DNA from: a candidate division FCPU426 bacterium
Lineage (GTDB): Bacteria; Oederibacteriota; Muellerivitia; Muellerivitales; Muellerivitaceae
Length of the DNA: 64,000 nucleotides
Assembly: GCA_963847625.1 (NCBI GenBank)
Contig: CAWKAR010000063.1
Coordinates: forward strand, 1-64,000
Direction: 5' to 3'
Shown piece after piece: positions 16,192-27,123 of this stretch. Numbering within the stretch: the first letter of the stretch is position 1; every line of letters begins with the position of its first letter. The translations under genes and the position numbers were made by a program. The notes beneath the pieces are model-generated. The model was not told the origin of the DNA. It ran no database searches and saw only the letters and a program-made list of their open reading frames with translations.

Positions 16192-18717
16192 TCAGCGGAG
16201 TATGAGGACTTTGCCAATGTGCCTTTCCGGGACCCCACGAGCATAAGTATCCATCACCGCATAGTATAAACCGTTAGCCACCGGTTCCTTGCAGTCATCC
16301 TGAAGATCCCACCTGAGTCTCGTTTTGGTTTCTCCATGGCAATGGTGCTTCTGACAGCAGATTTTACGGTAGCCGACCGTGTAAAAGGCAATGTCGATTT
16401 CATCATAGGGTCCGCCGTCCACATCGAAATACACCGCTTCACCATGGGTCGGGTTTGGATAGCAAGTGGGGTGGCAATGGTGCGCCGGGGTGCTTGTGAC
16501 AGTGCTTGTCGCGGTTGGAGTAAAGGTTGGAAGGGGTGTTCGGGTGGAAGTGGGGGTCGGTGTCGGCGTGTAAGTGGACGTGAAAGTCCCGGTTGGTGTT
16601 TGGGTGGAAGTGGAGGTTGAGGTAGGCGTAGGAGTGTCCGAGGCAGTCGCGCTAGGCGTCATTGTTGGGGTCGGTGTCGGCGTGAATGTGGACGTGAGTG
16701 TCTCGGTTAGTGTTTGGGTATCGCTGGGAGTGGGGGACGGCGTATCCGTGAAGGTTGGTGTGGCTGTCTGGCTGGGAGTCAGGGTGGGTGTTTCCGTGAG
16801 GGTGGATGTGAAACTGAAGGTTGTGGTCGGGGTCGCAGAGCCGGTAGGCGTGGATGTGGGGCTGGATGTGGGAGTGTTGCTGAAGGTGACGGTTGAGGTG
16901 CCAGTGGGCGTTGAGGTGGCAACCGGCGGCCAGGAGTAGGTGATTTGGCATTCATACGTCAGGCCCTGGAAAGCCCATTGGTCGGACAACTGGAAGCACA
17001 GCGCGTTGTTGCCGCCCTGGAAATAAGCGGGATTCACCGTGATCGTCGTGTATTGATCGTAGGAACATCCGGAGCCGCCCTCCGTGCCGTTCATGGTACA
17101 CACGCAATGCCCGTTCAGCCAGATGGTTACCGCCATGTCGCAGCTGAAGACAAAGCTGACGCTGGTGACTGTCACCGAGGCCGGAAGGGTGAAATTGTTG
17201 CGGAAACAGACGGGTACCAGGGTGGTCGGCAAGCCATTGGCGGTCGCGGAGATCCAGGAAGCGTTAGAACCGGAACCGCAGGGTGGGACCCATTCCGCCG
17301 GGGGTTCGGTGACTGCGGCACTCGGTGTCCACCCCGTTCCGGGATTGTAATTCGGATCGGTCCAAGGGCGCCCGTTCGCGTCAACGGGGGGAATGGGGGC
17401 GCTGGGATTGTCATAAACTTGGTTCTGGGTGGGGTTGCTGTTGATCCGCATGTCGCCCGAACATCCGCCGATGGGGGTGAGGGTAGAGGTCGGGGTGATA
17501 GTCGGGACCGGCGTGGGGGAAGGCGTCCAATTCCCGTCCAGGTTGCAGACGCAGGTGGATGGGTTGCCCGGCGTCACCGGCTCGAAACAGAAGATCCGTC
17601 CGTCTTTGCAGGCCACGAAAAGATTTCCGTCGGCTTCGGCCCATTCCACGAAGGTATATTCCACCCCATGGTGGTACCGCCACTCGATTTTTCCCGTTTG
17701 ACCGTCCAAACCATAGTAATCGCCGTGGCACGCCGAGATGAAAACCTTCCCGCAGGCCACGAAAGGCGAATTGTGGGCGTAATTCCCGGTCAGTTTGGTG
17801 CACCAGACTTTCCTGCCGGTGTACATGTCCAGGCCCCAGATGCGCCAGGAGTCGCCCGGAACGATCAACATGGTGCCGCAGATCGCCAGGTTGGCGTCGG
17901 TGTAGCCGGTTAAAGAGGAAGCCCAGACGGTGCTGCCATCGGAACGGTTGAGGCATTCCAATTCCCCCCCGTTGTTCATGGCGTACAAGTAGTGATCGCT
18001 CAGGAGAACCGAGTTTTGCCGCACACACTTGATGGTCACGTGCCACTGGCAGGACCCGTCAGCGGACTTCAGGCAGAAAAATTCGCCCTTCCGGGTCGTA
18101 AAGTAAATGAAGCCGTTGTCATAGGCGGGCGTGCAAACTGCGTCCGCGAAGGGATAACCCAGATAGTCCGAAAAATTAAATCTCCAGAGGACCTGGTGGG
18201 TGTCGGGGTCCAAACAGCAGAAACCCACGGCGCCATTCCCGACGAATAGTTTTCCCTCCACATAGAGGGGGGAGCAGTACTCCCCCAAGCCGGTCGAGTC
18301 GTTTTCCTTGAAGGACCAGAGAACCTCCCCGGTCTGCGGGGAAAGACAGACGGTGCTCCCATCCATGCGGCATAAGTAAACGACATTCCGGTCCGGGTCA
18401 TAGGCCGGAGTGAAGTAAATTTCCACGTCCGTGGGCCACATCCAAAACTGGTTACCCGTGGAACGATCGACGCACCGGACACCATGGGCGAAACAATGGA
18501 TCACACGGTCGGAGAGCACGATCGGGCCTCCCGCGGGATCCGAGACATCGGTGCAGGAGGGTGAAACCCATTTCACTTGGAGGGGATTCGTGATGGAAGT
18601 CGGGGCCAAGCTGTGGTTCTCCCGGCGCAAATCGCCGCAGCACATGGGGTAAAGGTTGACGCCCCAGGAGGGCAGGGCCGACAAATACAGGATCGCGGCA
18701 AGGATGTAGTTTCTCAT
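16192..18717 (-). CDS. Secreted PQQ-like beta-propeller protein with jelly-roll domain, long Pro/Thr linker and T9SS-CTD/FlgD-like C-terminal domain
   Basis: Start MRNYIL at 18717 (ATGA overlap with the upstream stop); repeated TG..W propeller blades; C-terminal YPNP...WDLQD...ANGLYY...KVLILR. Confidence 0.88.
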   Translation of the reverse strand: MRNYILAAILYLSALPSWGVNLYPMCCGDLRRENHSLAPTSITNPLQVKWVSPSCTDVSDPAGGPIVLSDRVIHCFAHGVRCVDRSTGNQFWMWPTDVEIYFTPAYDPDRNVVYLCRMDGSTVCLSPQTGEVLWSFKENDSTGLGEYCSPLYVEGKLFVGNGAVGFCCLDPDTHQVLWRFNFSDYLGYPFADAVCTPAYDNGFIYFTTRKGEFFCLKSADGSCQWHVTIKCVRQNSVLLSDHYLYAMNNGGELECLNRSDGSTVWASSLTGYTDANLAICGTMLIVPGDSWRIWGLDMYTGRKVWCTKLTGNYAHNSPFVACGKVFISACHGDYYGLDGQTGKIEWRYHHGVEYTFVEWAEADGNLFVACKDGRIFCFEPVTPGNPSTCVCNLDGNWTPSPTPVPTITPTSTLTPIGGCSGDMRINSNPTQNQVYDNPSAPIPPVDANGRPWTDPNYNPGTGWTPSAAVTEPPAEWVPPCGSGSNASWISATANGLPTTLVPVCFRNNFTLPASVTVTSVSFVFSCDMAVTIWLNGHCVCTMNGTEGGSGCSYDQYTTITVNPAYFQGGNNALCFQLSDQWAFQGLTYECQITYSWPPVATSTPTGTSTVTFSNTPTSSPTSTPTGSATPTTTFSFTSTLTETPTLTPSQTATPTFTDTPSPTPSDTQTLTETLTSTFTPTPTPTMTPSATASDTPTPTSTSTSTQTPTGTFTSTYTPTPTPTSTRTPLPTFTPTATSTVTSTPAHHCHPTCYPNPTHGEAVYFDVDGGPYDEIDIAFYTVGYRKICCQKHHCHGETKTRLRWDLQDDCKEPVANGLYYAVMDTYARGVPERHIGKVLILR

Positions 18718-19520
18718 GGGCATGCCCCCTGGACGGGAGTTTGAAAGACCAAAGGCTGGCCTATTGGGACGGGAATAGGTGGTATATCGATGGGAAAGGC
18801 AGTCGGATCGTTCGCGTCGCTCCTTAATATCTGGTTCAGGGTGGTGTTTTCTGGCAAAAGGGGATAAATCCGGGTTTCCAAATCCGCTATGAACGCGGTC
18901 CAATCGATCCCGTAGTGCGTGCATATGTCGTCCCAGCCCATATTGAGCCTGAGGACCATGATGTCCGACGCATGGCACCCGCAAAGAACCGTCAGGCGCA
19001 TGATGATATAGGATGTATAAGGCTCCAGGTAAAGCAGGCGCACTTCATCCACCACTTGCGGGGTGCAACCAAGGGCGGAAGCCACCGCGGTATCGGAGTT
19101 GTTATATCCAATTTGGCTGACTGGAATGGAAGTGGGTGTGATAGTGATCACGAGCGTCGGTGTCTGGGTTGCGGTAATAGTCGGTTGAAAAGTGAAAGTG
19201 GGCGTGTTGGTGGGCGTGGGGCAGGAAGAAACTGTCGGTAATGGGGTCGGAGTGCTCGTCGGGGTAGGTGTATGGGGCTGGGTCGGGGTCGAAGTGGCCG
19301 TCTTCGTTCGAGTGTTAGCCGGCGTGGAGGTTGCAGTCGAGGTTGGTGTGGGAACAAATATCGTGACGCTGGAGGTTGGAGTCAAGGTTGGTGTGGAAGT
19401 CAAAGTGGGAGTAAAGGTGTTAGTGGAGGGAGTTAATTGTGCCAGGAGCCCACAAGGCATGCAACTAAAGACGGGGATAAAGACTAGTAATACCAGCTTT
19501 TTTCTCATAAAAGACTTCAT
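18714..19520 (-). CDS. Secreted Pro/Thr-rich protein with unknown C-terminal domain
   Basis: Signal-like N-terminus, about 100-aa TPT linker, translationally coupled to the PQQ gene. Confidence 0.8.
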   Translation of the reverse strand: MKSFMRKKLVLLVFIPVFSCMPCGLLAQLTPSTNTFTPTLTSTPTLTPTSSVTIFVPTPTSTATSTPANTRTKTATSTPTQPHTPTPTSTPTPLPTVSSCPTPTNTPTFTFQPTITATQTPTLVITITPTSIPVSQIGYNNSDTAVASALGCTPQVVDEVRLLYLEPYTSYIIMRLTVLCGCHASDIMVLRLNMGWDDICTHYGIDWTAFIADLETRIYPLLPENTTLNQILRSDANDPTAFPIDIPPIPVPIGQPLVFQTPVQGACP

Positions 19521-19898
19521 GAATCATTCCCTCGCTGATCGGTAAAAGACGATAAATGTTCCGCTTCGTTCGCCATTTTTCCCGGGATGGGTGAGTTTTC
19601 ATCCGGGGAAATTGGCTGACCCCCTTATCGCTATTTAACCTTCCATGCATATAGTGGTTGCTCCTGATGTTTTATTCCCTTTTTTCCAAAACTTTTTTTA
19701 TCCTTGAAAATCGTGATTTATAAAAGGTTTTTAGGACCAAAATCGGGCTGGGTCAAAATGAGAGGAATATAAAAATATTTGGTGTTTGAAATACGAACTA
19801 CAGTAAACGTGCGTATCCGCAAATCGGGGTAACTCCCCCAGTGCCCTTTTTCTATAAACTCTCCCCAAAATAGGCGAATTTATTTATCGCTGCCGAAA

Positions 19899-20375
19899 TC
19901 AGTTTTTAAATTTTGGGATCCAACGGGGGACTTCTTTGCGGTAACGACTGTAAGCTTTTCCGAACTTCCTCTCCAAGACCGGTTCCTCGTAAAAAATAAT
20001 GAATAGATTGAAGAGAGTAAAAATAATCAGGGCATAACCTGCCAAAAGCCAAATAGAATACAACACTGCTTCTCCGGCAAGGATCAATACAACCCCCACG
20101 TACATCGGGTTGCGAACCCGACGATAGAACCCCTTCATGACGATCTTTTTGGGTGGGTCAAAGGGAGCGGGTGTGCCCTGTCCCGTGACGGCGAAATCCC
20201 AGGCGCTTGAGAGGGAAAGAACCAGCCCCACTGCTATGAGGACCAGGCCCAAGGGACGCCAGCCCGCGAGAGAGAATGCACGGCCGGCCGGGCCAAGAAT
20301 CCAGCAAGGCACCAGAACGGCGACAGTTCCCGGAACCACGATGGCAAAAACCAGGGTTTTAAGAATGTTTTTCAT
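19899..20375 (-). CDS. Isoprenylcysteine carboxyl methyltransferase / PEMT family membrane protein
   Basis: GTPAPFDPP, GFYRRVRNPMY, EEPVL..KFG..Y..Y..VPRW. Confidence 0.92.
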   Translation of the reverse strand: MKNILKTLVFAIVVPGTVAVLVPCWILGPAGRAFSLAGWRPLGLVLIAVGLVLSLSSAWDFAVTGQGTPAPFDPPKKIVMKGFYRRVRNPMYVGVVLILAGEAVLYSIWLLAGYALIIFTLFNLFIIFYEEPVLERKFGKAYSRYRKEVPRWIPKFKN

Positions 20376-20387
20376 GGAATGTTCAAT

Positions 20388-20987
20388 TTAACCCGCGGCT
20401 AGCTTGGCCCCTAACTCATAGACCTTCTTGAGTTCCTTGGCGGGAAGTTCCGTGCGCGGTTTCTGCCCGGCCAATCCGTACCTCATCTGCTTGACCACCT
20501 TGGCGCCCAAGGTCTTGGCCGTTAGCTTCAAAGTGTCGGAGGAATGGGAAAACAAAATGGGCATGATAAAACCGGGCGCGGCGGAGGAGGTAAGCAGGAT
20601 GGCTTTGCGGGCTTTTCCCCGAGATCGGAACGAGGGTGCTGGCTTGTCCCAGGGCCAAAACCCTAGGGGAACCAGGCGCTCCAGGAATTTCTTGGTCATG
20701 GCGGTGGCTTGGTAGAAATTAATAGGGGAGGACAAGACCAGAATGTCGCTGGAAAGGCATTCCTTGATCAGGCCTTTCATGTCGTCCAACTGGGCGCATT
20801 CTCCGGGTTTATCACCGGGCTGTTGGGTGCAGGTCCGGCAGTTGGTGCAGAAGCGGATGTCCTTGTCCCTGAGGGCGACGAATAGAGTTTGCGCCCCCTT
20901 GGAGGCGGCTCCCGCCAATAGGGCCTTGGCTGCCTGTTCGGTTGGGCCATCCGGCCGGTAACTTCCGGACAATGCGAGTATTTTCAT
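20388..20987 (-). CDS. Flavodoxin-family (iron-sulfur flavoprotein/FMN reductase) protein
   Basis: MKILALSGSYRPDG; CTNCRTC..C..DDM; SSPINF. Confidence 0.88.
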   Translation of the reverse strand: MKILALSGSYRPDGPTEQAAKALLAGAASKGAQTLFVALRDKDIRFCTNCRTCTQQPGDKPGECAQLDDMKGLIKECLSSDILVLSSPINFYQATAMTKKFLERLVPLGFWPWDKPAPSFRSRGKARKAILLTSSAAPGFIMPILFSHSSDTLKLTAKTLGAKVVKQMRYGLAGQKPRTELPAKELKKVYELGAKLAAG

Positions 20988-21029
20988 GGGTGATTCTCCT
21001 TTTATTAAGTAAATTCTATATTTCAACCT

Positions 21030-23285
21030 TCAATGATTCATTAAAAGCATGAAGGCGATGTCACCGGTAAAAACCGGGATTTTCAGGTTCAATTTGCCGT
21101 CATCGACTTTTTTGACCCCGCCACGGGAGGTCACGCCGGTGGTGGTGTTCCACCATTTCAGTTGATAGGTCCCATCCGGCAGGTTCTCCAAGTCGAATTC
21201 CACGCCGTTCACCGGCACTGGTTTCCACCCGTTCGTATAGACATTCTTCCAATTGTCCCGCTTATCCTGGATCCAGCCCAGGATGGTGTGGTCGCCCGAC
21301 AAGCCGTACAGTTTGACCTGGTTGCCGAGCTTCATGCCGCCCAGGGTGATACCCTCCAATAAAAGCCAGTCCCGGCCCTGGTTTTCCAGGATTACCTCGT
21401 GCTGGCCCGATGGGATGGCCACCGCATAGTCTCTGTGGTAGTCGGCCACATCGGTGTTCCACTGGGGGTCCTTGTGGGTGGATTGGTAGGGATCCCCGCT
21501 ATCAGGCGAAGGATCGAAATTCCATTGCGTCACCGCCTTCCCATCCACGGAAACCTGGACATCCGCCCCTACGCTGACCTTCTCCACGCGAAGGGTGAGC
21601 GTGACACCCCGGGTGCCGTCCAACTCCAGTTTGATGGGAATGCCTTCCCGGGCGGTGGTTTTCATAAAACTCGCGAAGCTCCCGGAAACCGTTCCATCGG
21701 AATGAACTGTCATGGGTTTCGAATTTTTAGCCTCCCAGTCCCCGTCCCCCGGAAGCTCCAGGTCGGAGGGTTTGTCACCGGGTTCCACCAGGGTTTGGGT
21801 CGCAACCAGGGGTTTCCAACTCTCTGAAACCCAATCCACCGAATTTGCAAATGCCGCAACCGCTTTGAATTCCCAGAAGAGCCCGCGCTTCGACACGTAT
21901 TCCTTCCAATGGCTCAGGGGAGCCGCTGCGGATAGGGAAGCCACCCCCGCCCAAAGGGCGTTGTGAAGGTGGATTCCTAAACCCTGGGTGTCGTAATCGG
22001 CGTCGTCCTTCAGGCCGTCCAGCCCGATCTCTTCGAAGAAGAACGGTTTTTCGTAACGGGAAGTCATTTCCAAGGAAGAGAGGTGGACTTCCTCGGCCAT
22101 GTCCCACCCGCTATATCCGTGGCCGTAATAATGCTTTTGGGAATAGCCGATTTCCCCTTGGCTGAAGACCCGGCTTGCGTCATAAGGTTTGCCCCAGGGA
22201 AAGCCCTGACTGATGGTGACCATGTGCCGGTTGGGATCGTTTGACAGGAAGGTATCGGCCATTTCCTTCACCCAATCGGGCGGGGCGTTCACCTCGTTGG
22301 CCAGCTCAAGGGCGAAAAGACCGGGACACCAGCCCCAGCGGGCGGCCAGGTAACGAAGGCGGTTCTTGAAAAAAATTTTAGCCTTGGAGTTGATAAAAAA
22401 ATCCCAGGGGTTCCCGCAGGGTCCCCCGTTCTTCGAGTTGTAAGGGTTTCTCAGCCAGGCCTGCTCGTTCCAGGGGCCCTTTTCCATCATGATCTCGCTG
22501 TAGGTGCTGATGGTGAGGATGATCCGGATGCCGTATTGGCGGGCCAACTCGAAGAGCCGGTCCATTCGCCAGGCGGTCTGAAGGTTGTAACGGCCCAGGG
22601 AGCAACTTCCCAGCCAGGGGTCGTTGATGATTCCCTCCAGCGGAAGATCCCATTCGCAGTTCCAAACCCGCGTGAAATTAGCCCCGTTTTCGTGGAGCTT
22701 TTTGAAATAGTCCTCGTAGTCCTCCAAAAGCTTCTCCCGGCTGGTCCAGGCCACCGACAGGCCCACCGGATAAAAGGAACCGCCGGAGGTGAGACCGAAA
22801 TACAAGTTGTTCGGGGAACCGGGTTGAATGAATCCCGGGTTTTGGCTTTCAGCCGCAACTAGGGTGGCTGGCGGCAGGTTCATGGTTTTTTTCCCGATTC
22901 GAAGGGAAGGGGTAAAGGTATAGGCGCCGGGAAGTGCCGGGCAGAATCGAACCGTCCACTTCGGTTTTCCCGAGGAATGGAGCTGGTCGCCTCCCTCGAA
23001 ATCCTGGTCGTAAAAGCCCGGGACTTGGACCCGTGTTCCATCCGGGCGGGTGAAAACCGTATCGAAGGAGCAATCGGCCGGGTCGAAGGGATTTAAATTC
23101 CCCGGATCGGCTTCCGTGCTCCATTGGAACAGTCCGTATACCTCGGCGCGGAAGGTAGCAGGACTATTGGGGACGGAACTTTCCGGCGTGGGGGTTTCAT
23201 CTGCGAGACCCAGGCTGGTTCCTAAAGCCCAAAAAAGGATCGAAAAAAAGACAGCTACCCGATCCAAATATAATCTTTGGCGCAC
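21030..23285 (-). CDS. Secreted DUF5060-type glycoside hydrolase (clan GH-A, GH5-like)
   Basis: Signal peptide; NPFDP, VPGFYDQ, WTVRF; ARWG..LELANE (acid/base); FEEIG (nucleophile). Confidence 0.8.
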   Translation of the reverse strand: MRQRLYLDRVAVFFSILFWALGTSLGLADETPTPESSVPNSPATFRAEVYGLFQWSTEADPGNLNPFDPADCSFDTVFTRPDGTRVQVPGFYDQDFEGGDQLHSSGKPKWTVRFCPALPGAYTFTPSLRIGKKTMNLPPATLVAAESQNPGFIQPGSPNNLYFGLTSGGSFYPVGLSVAWTSREKLLEDYEDYFKKLHENGANFTRVWNCEWDLPLEGIINDPWLGSCSLGRYNLQTAWRMDRLFELARQYGIRIILTISTYSEIMMEKGPWNEQAWLRNPYNSKNGGPCGNPWDFFINSKAKIFFKNRLRYLAARWGWCPGLFALELANEVNAPPDWVKEMADTFLSNDPNRHMVTISQGFPWGKPYDASRVFSQGEIGYSQKHYYGHGYSGWDMAEEVHLSSLEMTSRYEKPFFFEEIGLDGLKDDADYDTQGLGIHLHNALWAGVASLSAAAPLSHWKEYVSKRGLFWEFKAVAAFANSVDWVSESWKPLVATQTLVEPGDKPSDLELPGDGDWEAKNSKPMTVHSDGTVSGSFASFMKTTAREGIPIKLELDGTRGVTLTLRVEKVSVGADVQVSVDGKAVTQWNFDPSPDSGDPYQSTHKDPQWNTDVADYHRDYAVAIPSGQHEVILENQGRDWLLLEGITLGGMKLGNQVKLYGLSGDHTILGWIQDKRDNWKNVYTNGWKPVPVNGVEFDLENLPDGTYQLKWWNTTTGVTSRGGVKKVDDGKLNLKIPVFTGDIAFMLLMNH

Positions 23286-23508
23286 AAACCACCTCCTGGG
23301 AGGAATCGCAGCGCACTATTTTATATGAAGGTAGGTCATCGGAAAGATTTTTAATAATGCTGTTTAGAAATCCCCGGCCTTGGCCGGTGATGAATGGCGA
23401 TCGTGCTTTTAGCACGACAAGCGAAGCTTGAATTTAGATTTTAGCGCCCCGGGCTTGGGGGTATCTACAAAAGAAAAAGTCTCCCGTTTTGCCGTGCGCG
23501 GAGGGTTT

Positions 23509-25346
23509 TTAACCCACGATCAACAGGTTCGAGGTATCGGGAAGGCTCGCGGCCAGCCGTTTCAGCATCCGGCCCCGTACCATGCGCCAGAAGAAGGTGC
23601 GATGGGAGGATCCCACGAAGACATTGCGGACTTTCAACTCCTTGGCGGCCTCGGCGATGGAGGATCCGGCGTCCTCGGCCATGCGCCAGATGGGGATGCC
23701 GTTGATCTTATATTTTTGCAGCTCCATGCAGGTATCGGTGAGAACCCGCACCGCGGCAGGGGTGGGTTTAACCACCGGTGGCAGGAAAAGGCTGGGCATC
23801 TCGTCCACGTAAACGACATAAACATTGCTCTTCCGGAGACCCTTGGTGTACACCGAAGCGTCCTCCAACAGCCGGTGGTTAACATGGTGAAGAGCCAACA
23901 AAACGGGGGAAGATTCCACCCTGCTGGCTTCCACCGCCTCCTCCAGGGTCAGGATATTGGAGGTTTCCGGCAGGTCGGCCGCGTTGGTCTCGGCCTCGGC
24001 GAAGGTTTCCTTGGCTTTACGGGAAGCGCCGATCCGGTGCCAAAGACCCAAACCCACCAGAATCAGGGAGAGGGTGCCGCCGAACATGAGAGCGTAGGGC
24101 TTGTGGAACATGTTGATGAACCAAGCGAGCAGCAGGGAAAAAGTGGTGAAGAGACCGAACCAAAATTTCCAGCCACGTACCCCGTCACGCCAGCGCAACC
24201 GGTCCACGGCGATGGAGGAGACAGAAAGGGTGCCTAAAAGCCCAAAATTATAAAGTTCCCCCAGCGCGTCTACTTTGGCGCGGGTGATCAGGATGATGGC
24301 CATGGGGACTAGGCCTGAGAAAAGGATCGAAAGATAGGGGGTGCCCAGTTTGGGGTGGCGTTTCCTCAGGAGGGAGGGGAAAAAACCCAGGTCGGAAAGC
24401 CGGACGTTCACATGGTAATTACCCACGACAGCGGTGTTGCAGGCCATGAACAAGAGGGCAGAGGCCGCCAGGACCACCGCAATCCCCATCAGGGGGCCGC
24501 CCACAGCGTATCCAAGGGCGGACAGCAGGGATTCCGACTGGGTTTGCTTCATCTGGTCCGGAAGGATGTAAAACGCGACGGCCGTTATGGGGGGGAGACC
24601 AGGATGATGGTGATGATGACCCACCACATGGCCCGGGAGGCTGTTTTTTGGACCGGTTCCTTCATGGAACCGGAAACCTGGGCCACCGTTTCCAGACCAG
24701 AATAGGCCAGCCAGGTGGTGGCATAGCCGACCATGAGGGAACTCATAGTCAGGGGCACGCCGGGATGGAATATGCTTCGCCCCAAGCCGGCCCAGGATAA
24801 GACGGGTTTATTGGTAAGGAAAAAGAAAGCCGTGGCGAGGAGCATGAAGATAACGATGATTTGCAGGGTGGCGAACATGGATGTCATCGAGGCAGATTCC
24901 CGGATGCCGATGATGTTGATCAAAATGAGCATCAGGAAAAGCACCATGGCGGCGGGGATTATCAGATCCTTTCCCTGGGGGAACATGCTGGCCAGGTAAT
25001 AAAGGCCCGAGACGCCGGAAATGGCTGAAGTCAGAAAATAGTCCACCGTGATGAAAGCGCCGCCAAGAAGGGGAAGGAACTCAAAGGCCGAGAAAGCTTC
25101 CCGGGTGATGGAAACCACACCGCCGCCGTCGGGGCACCGATCGCAGATCTCAACATATTTCAAGGCGATAGAGATAAAGACGCCGGTGGTGATGATTTGG
25201 GCCAGGGTGCCCAGGTTTCCGATGGAACCGTAAAGGATGCCGGGGGTGTAAAAGACCGAGGTTCCTATATCCGCGTAAACCACCGCGAACACCAAGATCC
25301 AAGTTAATCGCTGGGTTTTCCGGAAGGGGGTTTTTAAGGTTTTCAT
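23509..25346 (-). CDS. APC-superfamily (KimA/Kup-like) K+ transporter with C-terminal USP-like domain; frameshift at G7 run 24589-24595
   Basis: VVYADIGTSVFY, DGGG, AYSGLE motifs; two ORFs (24585..25355 and 23509..24627) joined by adding one C; downstream of a c-di-AMP riboswitch. Confidence 0.85.
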
Positions 25347-25439
25347 GAGAGGCAATCCCTTCTAAACGAAAAGGGGCCGCCCTGGTTGCGCAGAAAAGTT
25401 GGGGTAAAATAAGGAATGTTTTCCTGCATCAGTAGCGCC

Positions 25440-25575
25440 CTTCGGAGCCTAAAAGGTTAGCTGACGGGCTCGGCGCGAAAGGTCGCCGCCCCTTCCCCTT
25501 TTTTTATAATCCAAAAAGGAAGGGGTAAGCCCCGGTGATTGGTTCCCCTGTCCGCATTTACGCGGTTCGGCCTTA
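25440..25575 (-). ncRNA. Cyclic di-AMP (ydaO/yuaA) riboswitch
   Basis: Minus strand reads GCCGAACC..GGGGAACC..GGGGCTTA..AGGG..CCGAGCCCGTCAGCTAACC..TAGGC, matching the hallmark segments of the ydaO class; upstream of a K+ transporter. Confidence 0.88.
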
Positions 25576-25884
25576 AATAAACAATGCGCTATTGTAGGAG
25601 AACAAAACTGAAAAGCAAGACCTTGATCCGGCCAAGTATCATACCGCATTACGTAGCGGAATTTCCTTTTGCCAAGCCCTTTTGGAATGGATAATCCGGC
25701 AGGAATTGAATTGAAAATCGTTTTTTTTTTCCTTAAACTTGATTTACACCGTCGAAAGCATCAGTGGCGGTGGGCCGTCTAGGCCGGGCATCTTCGATCG
25801 GCATCCCTGTAACAGGAACGCGGCGGAGGGATAGTCTCGGATGCGGACGGAAAGCAAAGATGCGGAAAAGGAAGGTTTTGAAAG

Positions 25885-26088
25885 ATGCCTACGGGGCGAG
25901 TCAAGTGGTTCAACGCCGGGAAGGGCTACGGGTTCATCGAGCAGGAGGGCGGGGAAGACGTGTTCGTGCATTTTTCCGCCATCCAGGGGGATGGGTTCAA
26001 GACTTTGACGGCTGGTCAGGAAGTGACGTTTGAGATTGTGCAGGGGGCCAAGGGCAAACAAGCCGCCAATGTAACAAAGGCAGGCTGA
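25885..26088 (+). CDS. cspA: Cold-shock protein
   Basis: [37 protein letters not shown]. Confidence 0.97.
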   Translation: MPTGRVKWFNAGKGYGFIEQEGGEDVFVHFSAIQGDGFKTLTAGQEVTFEIVQGAKGKQAANVTKAG

Positions 26089-26100
26089 ATCGACACTTTG

Positions 26101-26135
26101 AAAAGGGCTCCGGCGTTATGCCGGGGCCTTTTTTT
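26101..26135 (+). terminator. Rho-independent terminator
   Basis: GGCTCCGGC-gttat-GCCGGGGCC followed by a T run. Confidence 0.85.
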
Positions 26136-26315
26136 ATTTGTGCCGGACTTTTCGGGGAAAAAGGGGTCCGACTGTTTTCCTGGACCAGAATCAAGGGTTT
26201 GGGTAAGGCGTTTTCCAAGGCAAAAAACCCATTATCCTTTTTACTCTGTGAACGGCGGTGACTCTATGGTTCAATATTCCAACACCGAATACTCCTGAAA
26301 CCTGCTAGGTGCGAT

Positions 26316-27065
26316 ATGGCAAAAAGTAAAAAAATCCAAATTTTTGAGACCCTCTCCCCCGGAGGAACCAGCCCCCGGAAAGGTTTGGTGGACGTGTTGG
26401 CCTTCGGGGCCCACCCCGACGACGTGGAAATCGCCATGGGCGGAACCCTTCTTTCACTGAAGGCCCGTGGCGCCAAGGTGGTGGTCTGCCACCTCACGGA
26501 CGGGGAACCGACTCCCTACGGGAACCGCAAGACACGTTTAAAGGAAGCCGAAGCGGCAGCCAGGGTCCTGAAACTGGACGATTACCTGATCCTGCCCTTG
26601 AAAAATCGGGAGCTTCAAGACACCCTGCCCGCCCGGCGAAAAGTGGCCGAGGTCATGCGGCGATACAAACCCGGCATCGTCTTCGCTCCTTATTGGGTGG
26701 ATGCCCATCCCGACCATTGGGCGGCCAGTGCGCTGGTACAGGCCGCGCGGTTTTGGGCCAAGCTGGTGAAGACCGACATGGAAGGGGAACCCTGGTATCC
26801 CCCCAAGCTTTATTACCATCTCTGTTCCCACTTGCGGCCCAATGTGCGGCCTTCCTTCATCGTGGATACTTCGCCCTATCACGACCAAAAACTCAAGGCT
26901 GTGGCTTGCTACGAAAGCCAATTCATCAAGAAACCCGGAAGCCGCGCCCTGGAATTCATCAACGTCTCCAACCGATATTTCGGATCGCTAGTCGGCGTTC
27001 AAACGGGGGAGCCATTTTTCTCGAAGGAAAATATTGGCGTATCGAATCCGAGGATTTTCCTTTAG
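26316..27065 (+). CDS. bshB1: PIG-L family deacetylase, BshB1-like
   Basis: GAHPDDVE, DAHPDH, CYESQF. Confidence 0.8.
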   Translation: MAKSKKIQIFETLSPGGTSPRKGLVDVLAFGAHPDDVEIAMGGTLLSLKARGAKVVVCHLTDGEPTPYGNRKTRLKEAEAAARVLKLDDYLILPLKNRELQDTLPARRKVAEVMRRYKPGIVFAPYWVDAHPDHWAASALVQAARFWAKLVKTDMEGEPWYPPKLYYHLCSHLRPNVRPSFIVDTSPYHDQKLKAVACYESQFIKKPGSRALEFINVSNRYFGSLVGVQTGEPFFSKENIGVSNPRIFL

Positions 27066-27123
27066 CGCTGGTGCCGCAAATATATTTTTCAATAGGCCAA
27101 CGGTCTGTTCAGGAGTAACGCTT

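Noticed and set aside
16490..16925. DNA tandem repeats, and + strand V/G-rich ORFs (also near 4860-5040 and 19140-19430)
   Set aside because: Explained by Pro/Thr linker codons on the opposite strand.
18718..18984. N-terminal extension of the 930-aa ORF
   Set aside because: Overlaps the upstream gene; the signal peptide and ATGA coupling place the start at 18717.
25745..25884. Structured cspA leader or ncRNA
   Set aside because: Plausible 5' UTR, but no family motif that I can support.
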